This document shows, piece by piece, positions 17,666 through 27,109 of a stretch of 63,447 nucleotides of DNA. Both the position numbers and the translations under genes were made by a program. The stretch is from positions 1-63,447 of the IMG/VR virus record IMGVR_UViG_3300049896_000002. One strand, given 5' to 3'. Below the pieces are notes generated by a model, which saw only the letters and a program-made list of their open reading frames with translations, was not told where the DNA came from and searched no databases. Origin of the DNA: a virus (taxonomy: Duplodnaviria > Caudoviricetes). Positions within the stretch are counted from its first letter, which is position 1. Every line of letters begins with the position of its first letter.

Positions 17666-18989
17666 TCCTGCTACTCCGCGTACCGACCAAGAACTAAAAA
17701 ACCTACTACGCGATCGCTATCAGATCGTTATTCCCGACGTTCAAGTTTGCCCTAATCACTGCACTCCATTTCGAGCTTTCGCTGACGCCTTCTTTGCCCG
17801 TTACGGCGTAACCGTCTGGAAAGCATCTCGCGGTCTAGGGGGCAAGTCGTACTTACTCGCGTTGTTGGGCCACATCGAGGCTGATCTACTAACTGCCGAC
17901 GTAACCATTCTCGGTGGCTCCGGTGAGCAGGCCTTACGGGTGATCGAATACCTGCAAAAACTCTCCGACGATGAAGAGAACACGGCGCGTAGGACCAAGT
18001 ATGCGTCTGGCGGTCGAGTAACTGCGTTAATGGCCTCGTCTAAGTCGGCTCGCGGTCCCCATCCGCAAAGAATGAGATTAGATGAAGTGGACGAAATGGA
18101 GTTGTTGATTCTCGATGCGGCGATGGGACAGCCTATGGGCACGCCGAAGATTGCTAAGCAAACGGTGATGAGTAGCACGCATCATTACGCGGATGCGACA
18201 TTTACCGAAGTTTTAAAGCGAGCCGGAGAAAAAGGCTGGCCGGTTTACGAATGGTGCTACAAAGAGAGCTCGGCGCAACCTGACGGCTGGTTGACGCAAG
18301 AAGAAATCGAGTCGAAGCGCGGCGAGGTTACCGACTCAATGTGGAGGGCGGAATACGACCTCCAGGAGCCGAGCCCGGAAGACCGTGCTATCTTACCTGA
18401 AAAAGTTGACGCTTGTTTTAAGGAATCGCTTGGACGATTCGAAGGCGAATTAAATCGGGTAGTTGAGATTGAACCTCCGATAAAGAGCGCCAAGTATGCG
18501 ACGGGCTGTGATTGGGCCAAGAAAAAACACTTCACAGTTATTGACACCTTCCGGACTGACATTCGACCAATGAAGCGTGTGGCATGGCAGCGAACGGGAC
18601 GGTTGCCGTGGCCCATGATGATCGCCAAGTTTGACGCTCAAGTTAAAAAGTATCCCGGCACGGCGTGCCATGATGCGACGGGCATTGGCGATGCCCCAGA
18701 AGATTATAAGACGGTTGAGGCGGAACCTGTTATTCTAGTAGGGCAAACGCGCGCTGATGTGTTCACGCAATACATTGCCGCTATAGAGCACGAGGCAATT
18801 GAATCACCTAAGATCCGTTATTGCGAGGCTGAGCATCGATACTGCACGAATGACGATCTGAAGGGATCTGGACATCCACCTGATTCGTTCGTGGCAGGAG
18901 CACTAGCTTATAGAGCAGCCTCAATTAAAGAGATCGAAGACCTTGACGAAGTCGTTGCGGAAGAGTTAGACAACTATCGAGGACGTTAG
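17562..18989 (+). CDS. terL: Terminase large subunit
   Basis: SRGLGGKS, RGPHPQRMRLDEVD, GCDWAKK, DATGIG, DSFVAGALA; start inferred at ATG 17562 overlapping terS. Confidence 0.9.
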   Translation: MSASLSVNLRQRWRELKPEEKPAFLRALRARRSTDPATPRTDQELKNLLRDRYQIVIPDVQVCPNHCTPFRAFADAFFARYGVTVWKASRGLGGKSYLLALLGHIEADLLTADVTILGGSGEQALRVIEYLQKLSDDEENTARRTKYASGGRVTALMASSKSARGPHPQRMRLDEVDEMELLILDAAMGQPMGTPKIAKQTVMSSTHHYADATFTEVLKRAGEKGWPVYEWCYKESSAQPDGWLTQEEIESKRGEVTDSMWRAEYDLQEPSPEDRAILPEKVDACFKESLGRFEGELNRVVEIEPPIKSAKYATGCDWAKKKHFTVIDTFRTDIRPMKRVAWQRTGRLPWPMMIAKFDAQVKKYPGTACHDATGIGDAPEDYKTVEAEPVILVGQTRADVFTQYIAAIEHEAIESPKIRYCEAEHRYCTNDDLKGSGHPPDSFVAGALAYRAASIKEIEDLDEVVAEELDNYRGR

Positions 18990-19012
18990 ACCGGAGAGGA
19001 CAAAAAGAACAA

Positions 19013-19306
19013 ATGCCGAAAGCAAAGACTAGTACTGCCGTCTGTTGTGGGCTAGAAGATTTCTTCCGTGCCGACGAAATCAACCATAAGCCGGGATGTA
19101 TATTTTACCCTACCGGTTACGAGCGTAAATCCCTTGCGGTTAACAGCATTAAGGTGCTAACCAGCCAGCTAAATGAAGCACTCAAAAATGCCGCCTCCGA
19201 AGGTGTTAAAGTCGAAATAGCGCTTAGGCCGGTGGCCGACTTTAAGGAACCGGAAACCACTTCTTACATGCTTATCTCCGTGCAGTGCTCCGCTCTGATT
19301 GATTAA
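19013..19306 (+). CDS. Hypothetical protein between terL and portal
   Basis: SD GAGAGGA. Confidence 0.55.
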   Translation: MPKAKTSTAVCCGLEDFFRADEINHKPGCIFYPTGYERKSLAVNSIKVLTSQLNEALKNAASEGVKVEIALRPVADFKEPETTSYMLISVQCSALID

Positions 19307-19310
19307 CGGT

Positions 19311-19403
19311 GTGGCAACAATTCTTCAAAGGATGGGCATGGCAGCACGAGCAGGTTTTGTTCAATGCGGTACGGGGAAGGGGCTAAATGACAATAGGCGT
19401 TGA
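19311..19403 (+). pseudogene. Relic copy of portal N-terminus
   Basis: MATILQRMGMAARAG vs portal MPTIIQRFSMAARAA; identical catggcagcacgagcag. Confidence 0.55.
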
Positions 19404-19596
19404 ATTAACTTTTCCGGTGAAGAGAACACCGTCGGGTATGACCACGGTAGATCAGCTTAATGATTTTATCCAAGAACACGATTCCGAAAAACACAGGCTG
19501 ATAGTGGTAATCAACCCAACGGGCATAGGTGACGCTTTTGCAGATCGTCTAGAGAGATTTGGGTTTGTAGTGGTACATACCAACCAAGAGTTTTAG
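19387..19596 (+). CDS. Small protein resembling a terminase nuclease-domain fragment
   Basis: VINPTGIGDAFADRL resembles TerL DATGIGDA. Confidence 0.5.
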   Translation: MTIGVELTFPVKRTPSGMTTVDQLNDFIQEHDSEKHRLIVVINPTGIGDAFADRLERFGFVVVHTNQEF

Positions 19597-19599
19597 AGT

Positions 19600-21216
19600 G
19601 TGCCAACCATTATCCAGAGATTCAGCATGGCAGCACGAGCAGCGATAAGCGCTTGGCGCAACCCGCGAGAGACTGGCACGATTGATGACGTTCGCGCTCG
19701 GCTCAATCTACTATGGTCCTACTACGACAACTCCGTGTTCGACAACCTTGCCGCATGGGCCAACTACCGCGCCAACTACGTCCTCTACCGCAACATCCGT
19801 TCAATCTACAACCCGACTCGCAGGCTCGTCAACTTCTATGTCGCTCAAGTCTATCCCGGCGTGCTGAGCGAAGACGCCACAAAGCTCCCTGACGGCGTCG
19901 CCATTGCCATTCCGTTCTCCGACGATACTCCGGAGGAGTTAAAGCTCTCATCCGCCCAATTCTGGCAGTGGTCCAACTGGCAGTCTAATAACAAGCTGAT
20001 GGTGCGATATGGCGGTGCCACCGGATCATGCCTAGTCGAAGCGGTTGATAACGTCGAGCGTGGCAAGATCACCGCGGCAGTCAGGTGGCCGGGACTGATT
20101 GCCGATCGCGCTAAGGACGATGGTCCAAGTCTGGTGTTGGACGATGTAGGCAACGTCAAATTCTACGCGCTGGAGTACGAGGCTACCGATGAGCGTGGCG
20201 ACACTTATACCTATCGCAAGGAAGTGGGTCAAGACTCCATCACCGAGTACCGTGATGACAAGATCACCTCGCAGGAAGATAACCCGTATGGATTCGTGCC
20301 TGCCGTATGGGCCAAGCATATTGACGAAGGTTGGGGCGTGGATGGTGAAGGGCTGTACGGAGCACCTGCTATCAGCGGCTCAATTGGCAAGATTGACGAG
20401 TTGAATGGACTTGCCTCACACGCGCATGATCACATTGATTCGTTGATTGATTCGCCGGGGATTATCAGCAGCGATGGCGGTGTCGGGCGCATTGGCGAGC
20501 AGGCGAATGCGATCAAGGTGACTCGTTCTACTACGGCAGACGAGTTTGCAACGGTTGGCGCTAACACGGCAATGCGTACACTGCGCCGGCTCCTGCTCAA
20601 AGCACCCAAAGGAGCAAGCTGGGTGCCATTGACTGGCAACCTGCAACCGGAGCAGGCCATCCCCGCAATGGACCATCTACTAACCGAGATCGAACACGAC
20701 TTCCCCGAACTCGGCATGTACCAGGAGCTGCGCAAGATGAGCGAAGTTACCGGTCCAGGCGCAGCTCGCATGATGGGCGATGTCTACTCGCGTGTTTTGG
20801 AAGTCTCGAGCAACTACGACACGCAATCGATTAAGCTGTTTCAGATGGCTGCCGCAATAGGTGGATTCAGGTTTAGAGAAAATCGCGAGGGCTGGCGCTT
20901 GCGCACCGAAGCACAGGCCAAATTCGCACCTTTTGATCTCGACTCCTACGCCCGTGGTGATCTCAACATGGCAATCATGCCGCGGCCATTAATTCCAATG
21001 ACTGAGGACGATACGATCACGCTGACTGGTAAGCGCCTTGACAATGCTAAGAAAGCCCAAGGCATATTTAACGATGATAAGGTGCTGGAAGTCGCGGGAG
21101 TAAGTGACGAAGGTGAGCGCAGCGCGATCCTCGCTGAGCGTGAAAAAGAGAAACGGGAAGCGGTTGCACTACTACCACAACCGAAACCGAACGGTGATAG
21201 TCAGATTATCCAGTGA
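19600..21216 (+). CDS. Portal protein
   Basis: 538 aa after terL; LWSYYDN, NPYGFVPAVW, TGPGA, PRPLIP motifs of SPP1 gp6-like portals. Confidence 0.85.
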   Translation: MPTIIQRFSMAARAAISAWRNPRETGTIDDVRARLNLLWSYYDNSVFDNLAAWANYRANYVLYRNIRSIYNPTRRLVNFYVAQVYPGVLSEDATKLPDGVAIAIPFSDDTPEELKLSSAQFWQWSNWQSNNKLMVRYGGATGSCLVEAVDNVERGKITAAVRWPGLIADRAKDDGPSLVLDDVGNVKFYALEYEATDERGDTYTYRKEVGQDSITEYRDDKITSQEDNPYGFVPAVWAKHIDEGWGVDGEGLYGAPAISGSIGKIDELNGLASHAHDHIDSLIDSPGIISSDGGVGRIGEQANAIKVTRSTTADEFATVGANTAMRTLRRLLLKAPKGASWVPLTGNLQPEQAIPAMDHLLTEIEHDFPELGMYQELRKMSEVTGPGAARMMGDVYSRVLEVSSNYDTQSIKLFQMAAAIGGFRFRENREGWRLRTEAQAKFAPFDLDSYARGDLNMAIMPRPLIPMTEDDTITLTGKRLDNAKKAQGIFNDDKVLEVAGVSDEGERSAILAEREKEKREAVALLPQPKPNGDSQIIQ

Positions 21217-21680
21217 GAAGCAAAAGGAAAGCCCTGCCGATAGCCCGGTTTCGATGTTACGCTAACCGATCGTCCCTGTACTTCATGGTCTATGTATGGG
21301 CCACCAAGCAAGACATGCTTGATAATCGGCCCACTTTAGGACTAACTAGAGGCTCATGTGAGGCCCATACTACGTCTTACAATGAATTCACGGACAAGTC
21401 GAGGAAGCGGAAGAAGCGCATCGTTGGCGAGATACATTTCCATAAGCGTATGGTCCGTGCTGACGCCGGGATTGAGGTCGTAACACATGAGACATTCCAC
21501 GCCGTTGCATCTCTCTTCAGAAGGTTAAGGGCGGATTTTAGTCAATTGAGCCATGAAGGTTATCGGCGTCCTAAGCAAGATAATGAGGAAATCATGGCTG
21601 AGGTCCAGGGTTTAATGGCACGACAGATAATGACGAAATTTCACGCATTGGGGTTATTCCCGTGGCAAGACGCAAAGTAA
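21213..21680 (+). CDS. HExxH zinc-metallopeptidase-like protein
   Basis: GIEVVTHETFHA..NEEIMA. Confidence 0.6.
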   Translation: MRSKRKALPIARFRCYANRSSLYFMVYVWATKQDMLDNRPTLGLTRGSCEAHTTSYNEFTDKSRKRKKRIVGEIHFHKRMVRADAGIEVVTHETFHAVASLFRRLRADFSQLSHEGYRRPKQDNEEIMAEVQGLMARQIMTKFHALGLFPWQDAK

Positions 21681-22126
21681 AACCGATCTCATTTCGTCTC
21701 TACCCGGAAGGTTCATTTCTCTATTGTGAAGTGAACATCTGGCCTACCCGCAAAGACATGCACAAGCATTTGCCGCTTGGTAGAAAGACTGTCGCCAGTT
21801 GTGGCGGGCGCGAGTCTTATATCGTTGAGCCAAAACGCAAGGGTAAGCGGCAAAGAATTCGCAAAACCGGATTATTCGCAGAGGCGAATTTCTACGAAAG
21901 GGAAATAGGAATTGAAGTTGTATCGCATGAACTGACCCACGCTGCGTTTTGCTTCGCTGACCGCCGCAAATTACCACTGGATCAATGTGTGAACAAGGAT
22001 TTCAAGCAGGATGGACGCAACAACACACTTGATAATGATGGCCCTGAGGAGCGATTTTGTTACGCGCTCGGGCATATGGTCAGACAATTTACTCAGAAAT
22101 GCTATGACAAAGGATTGTATAAATAG
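21662..22126 (+). CDS. HExxH zinc-metallopeptidase-like protein (paralogue)
   Basis: GIEVVSHELTHA..PEERFCY. Confidence 0.65.
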   Translation: MARRKVKPISFRLYPEGSFLYCEVNIWPTRKDMHKHLPLGRKTVASCGGRESYIVEPKRKGKRQRIRKTGLFAEANFYEREIGIEVVSHELTHAAFCFADRRKLPLDQCVNKDFKQDGRNNTLDNDGPEERFCYALGHMVRQFTQKCYDKGLYK

Positions 22127-22129
22127 CAA

Positions 22130-22145
22130 TGTTTCACGTGAAACG
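22130..22145. promoter_or_regulatory. parS: Chromosomal-type parS site
   Basis: TGTTTCACGTGAAACG, 15/16 to consensus TGTTTCACGTGAAACA; intergenic. Confidence 0.8.
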
Positions 22146-22240
22146 TTATCGCCAGCCCCAATGAGCCATCACGCGGCCAGTTGGCGAAAGTTTAACAAAA
22201 CTATTTGCAAACTGACCGATAGTGTGTATGCTTAGCCTCG

Positions 22241-22399
22241 ATGGACTTATCGCAACCGACAATCATCGCTACAATTCGTCGAATCAAATCGCTCTCTCGT
22301 CTTGATGCTTACGGGTTGGCAATTGCTGACGCTGGACACTTTTGGACGCTTAGAGAGCGACGGGAATTTGAGAAACGGGTGAGGGAGTTGCGAGGATAA
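22241..22399 (+). CDS. Small hypothetical protein (52 aa, not in ORF track)
   Basis: MDLSQPTII..FWTLRERREFEKRVRELRG; TTGCAA-16-TATGCT just upstream. Confidence 0.5.
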   Translation: MDLSQPTIIATIRRIKSLSRLDAYGLAIADAGHFWTLRERREFEKRVRELRG

Positions 22400-22404
22400 C
22401 ACCA

Positions 22405-23067
22405 ATGCCTGACGAACCACTTGTTCCGCCGCCGCCGGACCCTACGCAAGCGTTTCAGAGCCGTCTGAGCAAAATGAATGGGGACGCGATGGCTTTCGCT
22501 ACGCAGTTATTTGATGAGAACTTTCGTCTCAGGGAAGACAAGCGAGCGCTTAACGAAGAATTGACAGCGATTAAGGCTAAGGTTCCCGCTGATGATCACG
22601 TAGTGCTAACCCCTGCCGAGGCACAGGAGTACGAGACATATAAAGCGCTTGGGAAACTGGACGAGATTCAAACCCGCTTGGACGCCAGTGAAACTACCGA
22701 GACAGAACTGACGGAATTGAAACAAAAAGACGTTCTCCGGGAGGTTGCCGATCTGCACGGCTACAAGCTCTCGATACTTGTAGATCGAGATAAGGCTGCC
22801 GGCGGGCTGGAAGTCTCATTCAAGACTGATTCCAAGGGCAATAAGGTTGCTCACGTAAAAGATGGAGACAAGGAAACTCCTATCACTGAGTTTGCCGAAA
22901 CCAATTGGGCAGACTACTTGCCATCCCTCAAGGTAGAGACGGCTTCACAACCACTCGTCGCTATAAGAGGAGCTAAGCCAAGTCCACGCGCAAACGGCTT
23001 ACATACTGCCGTGACCGATGCGGACAAGCGCGCTGCCGCTGAGGCTCGACGAGCCTACCGAGAATAG
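22405..23067 (+). CDS. Capsid scaffolding protein
   Basis: ENFRLRE coiled coil, position before capsid genes. Confidence 0.75.
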   Translation: MPDEPLVPPPPDPTQAFQSRLSKMNGDAMAFATQLFDENFRLREDKRALNEELTAIKAKVPADDHVVLTPAEAQEYETYKALGKLDEIQTRLDASETTETELTELKQKDVLREVADLHGYKLSILVDRDKAAGGLEVSFKTDSKGNKVAHVKDGDKETPITEFAETNWADYLPSLKVETASQPLVAIRGAKPSPRANGLHTAVTDADKRAAAEARRAYRE

Positions 23068-23079
23068 GAGACAGACAAC

Positions 23080-23508
23080 ATGGCAGACGTGGTTTTAGTG
23101 ACCGCAGGCCAATTGCGGGTGGAGGAGTCGCTTGAGCAGGACACGAAACCGGCAGGCGTGGCCGTAGCAGCAGGTCAGAGCGTCAAGGAAGACGCCACCA
23201 CAGGCCGCTGGATTCTAGCGGACGCGTCTGCCGCTGGTACTGCTGACGCTTACGGCATGGCCGTGAAGACTGTCCCTGCCGGTCTGCCTGTCACAGCTAT
23301 TCGCCGCGGCGTTGTTGACGGATTCAATCTCGACGATCAGGACTACAACGAACAAGTGTTCCTGTCCGACACAGCAGGCGCAATTGCCGACGCTGCTGGC
23401 ACCGCAGGCGGTGTAGTTGGGCGCGTCATCTCGGTCCACTCGCATCGTGTTGGTGGTGTACCTGACAAGCTACTACGACTTGACTACGCCGGGGAGGTGA
23501 GCGCGTAA
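23080..23508 (+). CDS. Capsid decoration/cement protein
   Basis: AGVAVAAGQSV..LADAS..VFLSDTAG pattern; before MCP. Confidence 0.75.
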   Translation: MADVVLVTAGQLRVEESLEQDTKPAGVAVAAGQSVKEDATTGRWILADASAAGTADAYGMAVKTVPAGLPVTAIRRGVVDGFNLDDQDYNEQVFLSDTAGAIADAAGTAGGVVGRVISVHSHRVGGVPDKLLRLDYAGEVSA

Positions 23509-24569
23509 TGCCAAACATAATTCCTTATGGATTCCGCGATCTCCGCGATCAACTCGACGAGACAATCAACGAGCAACTGATCCCCGTCATCAACACCGCC
23601 ATCACTGAAACCGTCGCGTTTCATAATGAAGAGATGAATCGCGTGGCAGGCATTTTTGTAAAGCCCACGACTGAGTACAAGCTGCGTTACAAGACGCCGA
23701 CTGAGGCGAGATTGCAACCTCTCGACGAGCATGGACGTGCGCGTAAGATACGAGTTGGGGCGCAGTACGATGTTGGGTTCCCGCTGCAAGCAGCCGGACT
23801 CGCGGAAGGCGCAACCGACACCACTCGCATACTGGAAACAGTCGGCGACGTGGCGGAAATCACTAGTACGGTGACAATGGCGGACAAGACCTGGATGCTG
23901 GAGCATATTCTGGCAACTTTATTTGCTGTAGCCGACTGGACGTTCACAGACGAGCGTCATGGCGCGCTGGTAGTCAAGCCGCTTGCTAACGGTGACGCAA
24001 CCGTTTATCTCGGTCGCAATGGTTCATCCGCTACCGCAGACCACAACACCGGACAGGCGGCTGCGATTGCCGATCTAACCAATCCGTTTCCCGGCATCTA
24101 CTCGCGGCTAACTCGGCCAATGGGTAGTAACGGGCGAGTGATTTCGTTTGTGGCGTCGAACCTGGTTGCGGACATAACCGGGTTAGGAGACTTTAGAGAA
24201 CCGGTCGATCCGAATATCAGACTTGGCGCTAATAGCGATGAGTTGGTCGGTACTCTACCCGCTGGCACTCCTGGCGAACCAATCGGCTACACGAACCGCG
24301 TCTGGATCGTTGATTGGCCGCGCATCCCTGACAACTACATCGTTTCGATCATCGAAGGTGGCGAGCGTCCGGTTGCGATGCGCGAGTACGAGGTTGCTGC
24401 GTTGCGAGGATTCCGGCGAGCAGGTGAGCGCAATGACTATCCTTACTTCGAGACTCAATTCAAACGCGACGCGGGATTCGGGATCTGGAATCGCGTCGGT
24501 GCGGATGTCATGGAAATTGGTGACGCCAGCTATGACGTGCCAACTGGATTTGAAGTACCTATGCCCTAG
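23508..24569 (+). CDS. Major capsid protein
   Basis: 353 aa; position; RDAGFGIWNRVGA C-terminus. Confidence 0.85.
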   Translation: MPNIIPYGFRDLRDQLDETINEQLIPVINTAITETVAFHNEEMNRVAGIFVKPTTEYKLRYKTPTEARLQPLDEHGRARKIRVGAQYDVGFPLQAAGLAEGATDTTRILETVGDVAEITSTVTMADKTWMLEHILATLFAVADWTFTDERHGALVVKPLANGDATVYLGRNGSSATADHNTGQAAAIADLTNPFPGIYSRLTRPMGSNGRVISFVASNLVADITGLGDFREPVDPNIRLGANSDELVGTLPAGTPGEPIGYTNRVWIVDWPRIPDNYIVSIIEGGERPVAMREYEVAALRGFRRAGERNDYPYFETQFKRDAGFGIWNRVGADVMEIGDASYDVPTGFEVPMP

Positions 24570-24589
24570 TGAGAGAGGCTGATACAATC

Positions 24590-25129
24590 ATGAAGCGAAA
24601 ATTATTAATCAGCTTACTCGTCCTAGTCATCCCGATTGCTGTTTACGCTCAACAAACCATGCGGCTTGGCGGTGGATTAATCTCAATCTCTCGTCTTGGT
24701 GCCGTGGTTATCAAGTCCCGTGCTGACAAGACGATCGCGCTGCAAGGCAACACAACCGTCGCGGGCACGATGGGCGTTACCGGCAATACAACGATTACAG
24801 GCACGGCGGCGGTCAGTTCGACGCTGAGTGTTGGCGGCGGCGCGGCCATTGCCAAGGTTATCACTGGTACAGGCTCAGTGGACTTCACGGCGCTGGCTGC
24901 GGGCACGTGTGAGAACTTTACTATTACAGTCACGGGCGCGGCTAATGGTGACTCAGTCGCATTGGGCATTCCTGCTGCTGCCTGGGCCACCACTGAATAC
25001 GCGACGATCCAGGGATTTGTCTCTGCAACTAACACGGTTACAGTTAAGCGTTGCAATCTGACTAATGCGACTACGGCGTTGTCTGATCCTGCTGCCGTAA
25101 CAGTTCGCGCAACAGTGATTCAGTTCTAG
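24590..25129 (+). CDS. Fibre-like protein with N-terminal signal peptide
   Basis: MKRKLLISLLVLVIPIAVYA-QQ; G/T/V beta repeats; C-terminal DFTALAAG..ITVTGA..GFVSATNTV domain. Confidence 0.7.
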   Translation: MKRKLLISLLVLVIPIAVYAQQTMRLGGGLISISRLGAVVIKSRADKTIALQGNTTVAGTMGVTGNTTITGTAAVSSTLSVGGGAAIAKVITGTGSVDFTALAAGTCENFTITVTGAANGDSVALGIPAAAWATTEYATIQGFVSATNTVTVKRCNLTNATTALSDPAAVTVRATVIQF

Positions 25130-25139
25130 GTAAGGTCCT

Positions 25140-25481
25140 ATGGCAAGTAGAGATCACAAGATTGTTCGACGCGCTCAGGCGTTAAGCGAGTTATCACGAC
25201 TCTCGGGCTTGCTGGCTGAGCATCTGGACATCGAAGTGTCTGACATACAGGTCACTAATCGAGACAATGAACTCGCTGAGATTCAGCGCATTGAGAATAT
25301 CAACTCACTACTCCAGCAAATCCTGCAAGCGAGCAATGTGGAAACGGAACGAGGAACGCTCGCGGGTTTGACTAAGGCCGAGTTGCTTGAGAAAGCTGTT
25401 GAGATGAACCTCGAAATAGGCAAGTCAGCCACTAAGGCGGAGATCGTTGCGGCGATAAAAGAGCATGGCGCTAACAAGTGA
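25140..25481 (+). CDS. Protein with C-terminal HeH/Rho-N-like domain
   Basis: LAGLTKAELLEKA..SATKAEIVAAI. Confidence 0.7.
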   Translation: MASRDHKIVRRAQALSELSRLSGLLAEHLDIEVSDIQVTNRDNELAEIQRIENINSLLQQILQASNVETERGTLAGLTKAELLEKAVEMNLEIGKSATKAEIVAAIKEHGANK

Positions 25482-25782
25482 TCAACTCGTGCTCACCGCT
25501 GAGATAGTGCGCGAGAGTTATGCTTCCGTAGTCAGTGCGACTAGTTCTTTGAATGTGGCGCAAGAATCATTGCTAAGTGATGACATTGACTTATGGGAGC
25601 AGGAACGCAACTCTGCTGACCTGAAATTTAAGGGCGATGGCGTTGACTTGGACTCAACCAGACTGCTAGCCGACATTTTCTATCGCGTGCGCAACATGCT
25701 TGGCTATCCATTCATTCCTTATGATCTCAATGGACCAGTGATGAATCTAATTGAGTTGGAAGTAGGGCAAAACTTTGGCTAG
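25465..25782 (+). CDS. Putative head-tail adaptor
   Basis: Size and position. Confidence 0.55.
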   Translation: MALTSDQLVLTAEIVRESYASVVSATSSLNVAQESLLSDDIDLWEQERNSADLKFKGDGVDLDSTRLLADIFYRVRNMLGYPFIPYDLNGPVMNLIELEVGQNFG

Positions 25783-26122
25783 TATTGGTCAGGCTTATAG
25801 CAAGGTGCGGGGCAAGGTGGCCGAAAAGGCGGCGAGAATTCTTCCTGACACGTGTCGCCTTATTGTTGGAGAAGATGAATATCCCGATACGCCGTGTAGG
25901 TTCGGCGGCACCTCCGGCAACATTGACGGAGCGCCTTACAAGATTCGATTTGCATGGGGCAGTCCGGCGATAACTGGTGCCGCAGTGGTGATCGATGCCG
26001 TAGAAGGACGCCCGCAGATCACATTGCAGTTAGTGGCCCCGTCTGATTCTTCAACTGCGATTTGGCAGGAGTGGCAAGCTACTTCTAGCCCAGCTTCCGG
26101 GAGAGCAGATGTCGGGTTTTAA
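25775..26122 (+). CDS. Putative head closure protein
   Basis: LPDTCRL..TPCRF; position. Confidence 0.55.
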   Translation: MASIGQAYSKVRGKVAEKAARILPDTCRLIVGEDEYPDTPCRFGGTSGNIDGAPYKIRFAWGSPAITGAAVVIDAVEGRPQITLQLVAPSDSSTAIWQEWQATSSPASGRADVGF

Positions 26123-26582
26123 CGTCAAAGGTGAACGAAGGCTCTTTGAGGCGATCGATAGGCTTACTGAGGTAATCAGTGATCAGCGAGAGCGCGGCTG
26201 GCAGGAGAACGTTGACATTAGACTCGACAACCAGCGGCGCCACATGGACTCAGAAGCATCTGGCGGCTGGACACCGCTTAACGACGAGTATCGATTACGA
26301 AAGATTGAGGAAGTTGGCACCTTGCCGATTCTTCAATACTCGACGCGTATGTACCGCTCTTTAACCGAGGAAGGCGCATCGGATTACATCCGTGAAGAAA
26401 GTGCAGACAGCTTGAAAGTAGGCACAAGTGATTTCAAGGCTCGGATGCATCACGAAGGGCGCGGGCGATTGCCAAGACGCGAGGTCATCGCGATAACCGA
26501 CGCAGAAGGTCGTCAGCATTTTGAAGTGATAAAAGAGGACTACGCCGGTATTGCACGCAGTATCGGATTTAAGGTGATCTGA
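26109..26582 (+). CDS. Virion morphogenesis / neck protein
   Basis: WTPLNDEY..ILQYSTRMYRSL..VGTS..ARMHHEG..LPRR. Confidence 0.75.
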   Translation: MSGFNVKGERRLFEAIDRLTEVISDQRERGWQENVDIRLDNQRRHMDSEASGGWTPLNDEYRLRKIEEVGTLPILQYSTRMYRSLTEEGASDYIREESADSLKVGTSDFKARMHHEGRGRLPRREVIAITDAEGRQHFEVIKEDYAGIARSIGFKVI

Positions 26583-27109
26583 TGGCGGAGAACGGGCCGT
26601 GGAATTCAGAGATAACACAGCAGTTTATTCAGCCATTAGTTGGCAATTTGATTGCCGTTCTACAAGCAGGCGAGGCCGATGTTCATGCCGAGGTAAATGA
26701 CGGCAATCCGATGACGCCCTACAAGAGATGGCGTCGCGGTAGATGGATATGGATAGATAACGTAAGTTACCCGGCTTGTAGCGTAATACCTCGCAGAAGT
26801 CGAACGCGGAAAGATGAAGATGGCCGAAGCATTCAGGAAACACACGACATTGAAATCTTTATCGAAGCCGTGGGCAGTAATCCTGACGATCTCGTTGATT
26901 CGGTGATGAAAAGAATGCAAGCAGCGCACATAATTATCGAACGCGCGACCTTGGGCGCTTTGTTTAATGGATTCACGCCCTCAAACAGACAGCTACCTTA
27001 TTGGGATATCGATCACGATTATGCGGCCTTCTTTAACGAGGGCAAGTCAACCTACAAGCAGAACGGAAGTTTGATCATTACGTTCACCGGACTGATGGAG
27101 AAAACCTAA
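26582..27109 (+). CDS. Putative tail terminator
   Basis: Position; YPACSV motif. Confidence 0.55.
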   Translation: MAENGPWNSEITQQFIQPLVGNLIAVLQAGEADVHAEVNDGNPMTPYKRWRRGRWIWIDNVSYPACSVIPRRSRTRKDEDGRSIQETHDIEIFIEAVGSNPDDLVDSVMKRMQAAHIIIERATLGALFNGFTPSNRQLPYWDIDHDYAAFFNEGKSTYKQNGSLIITFTGLMEKT

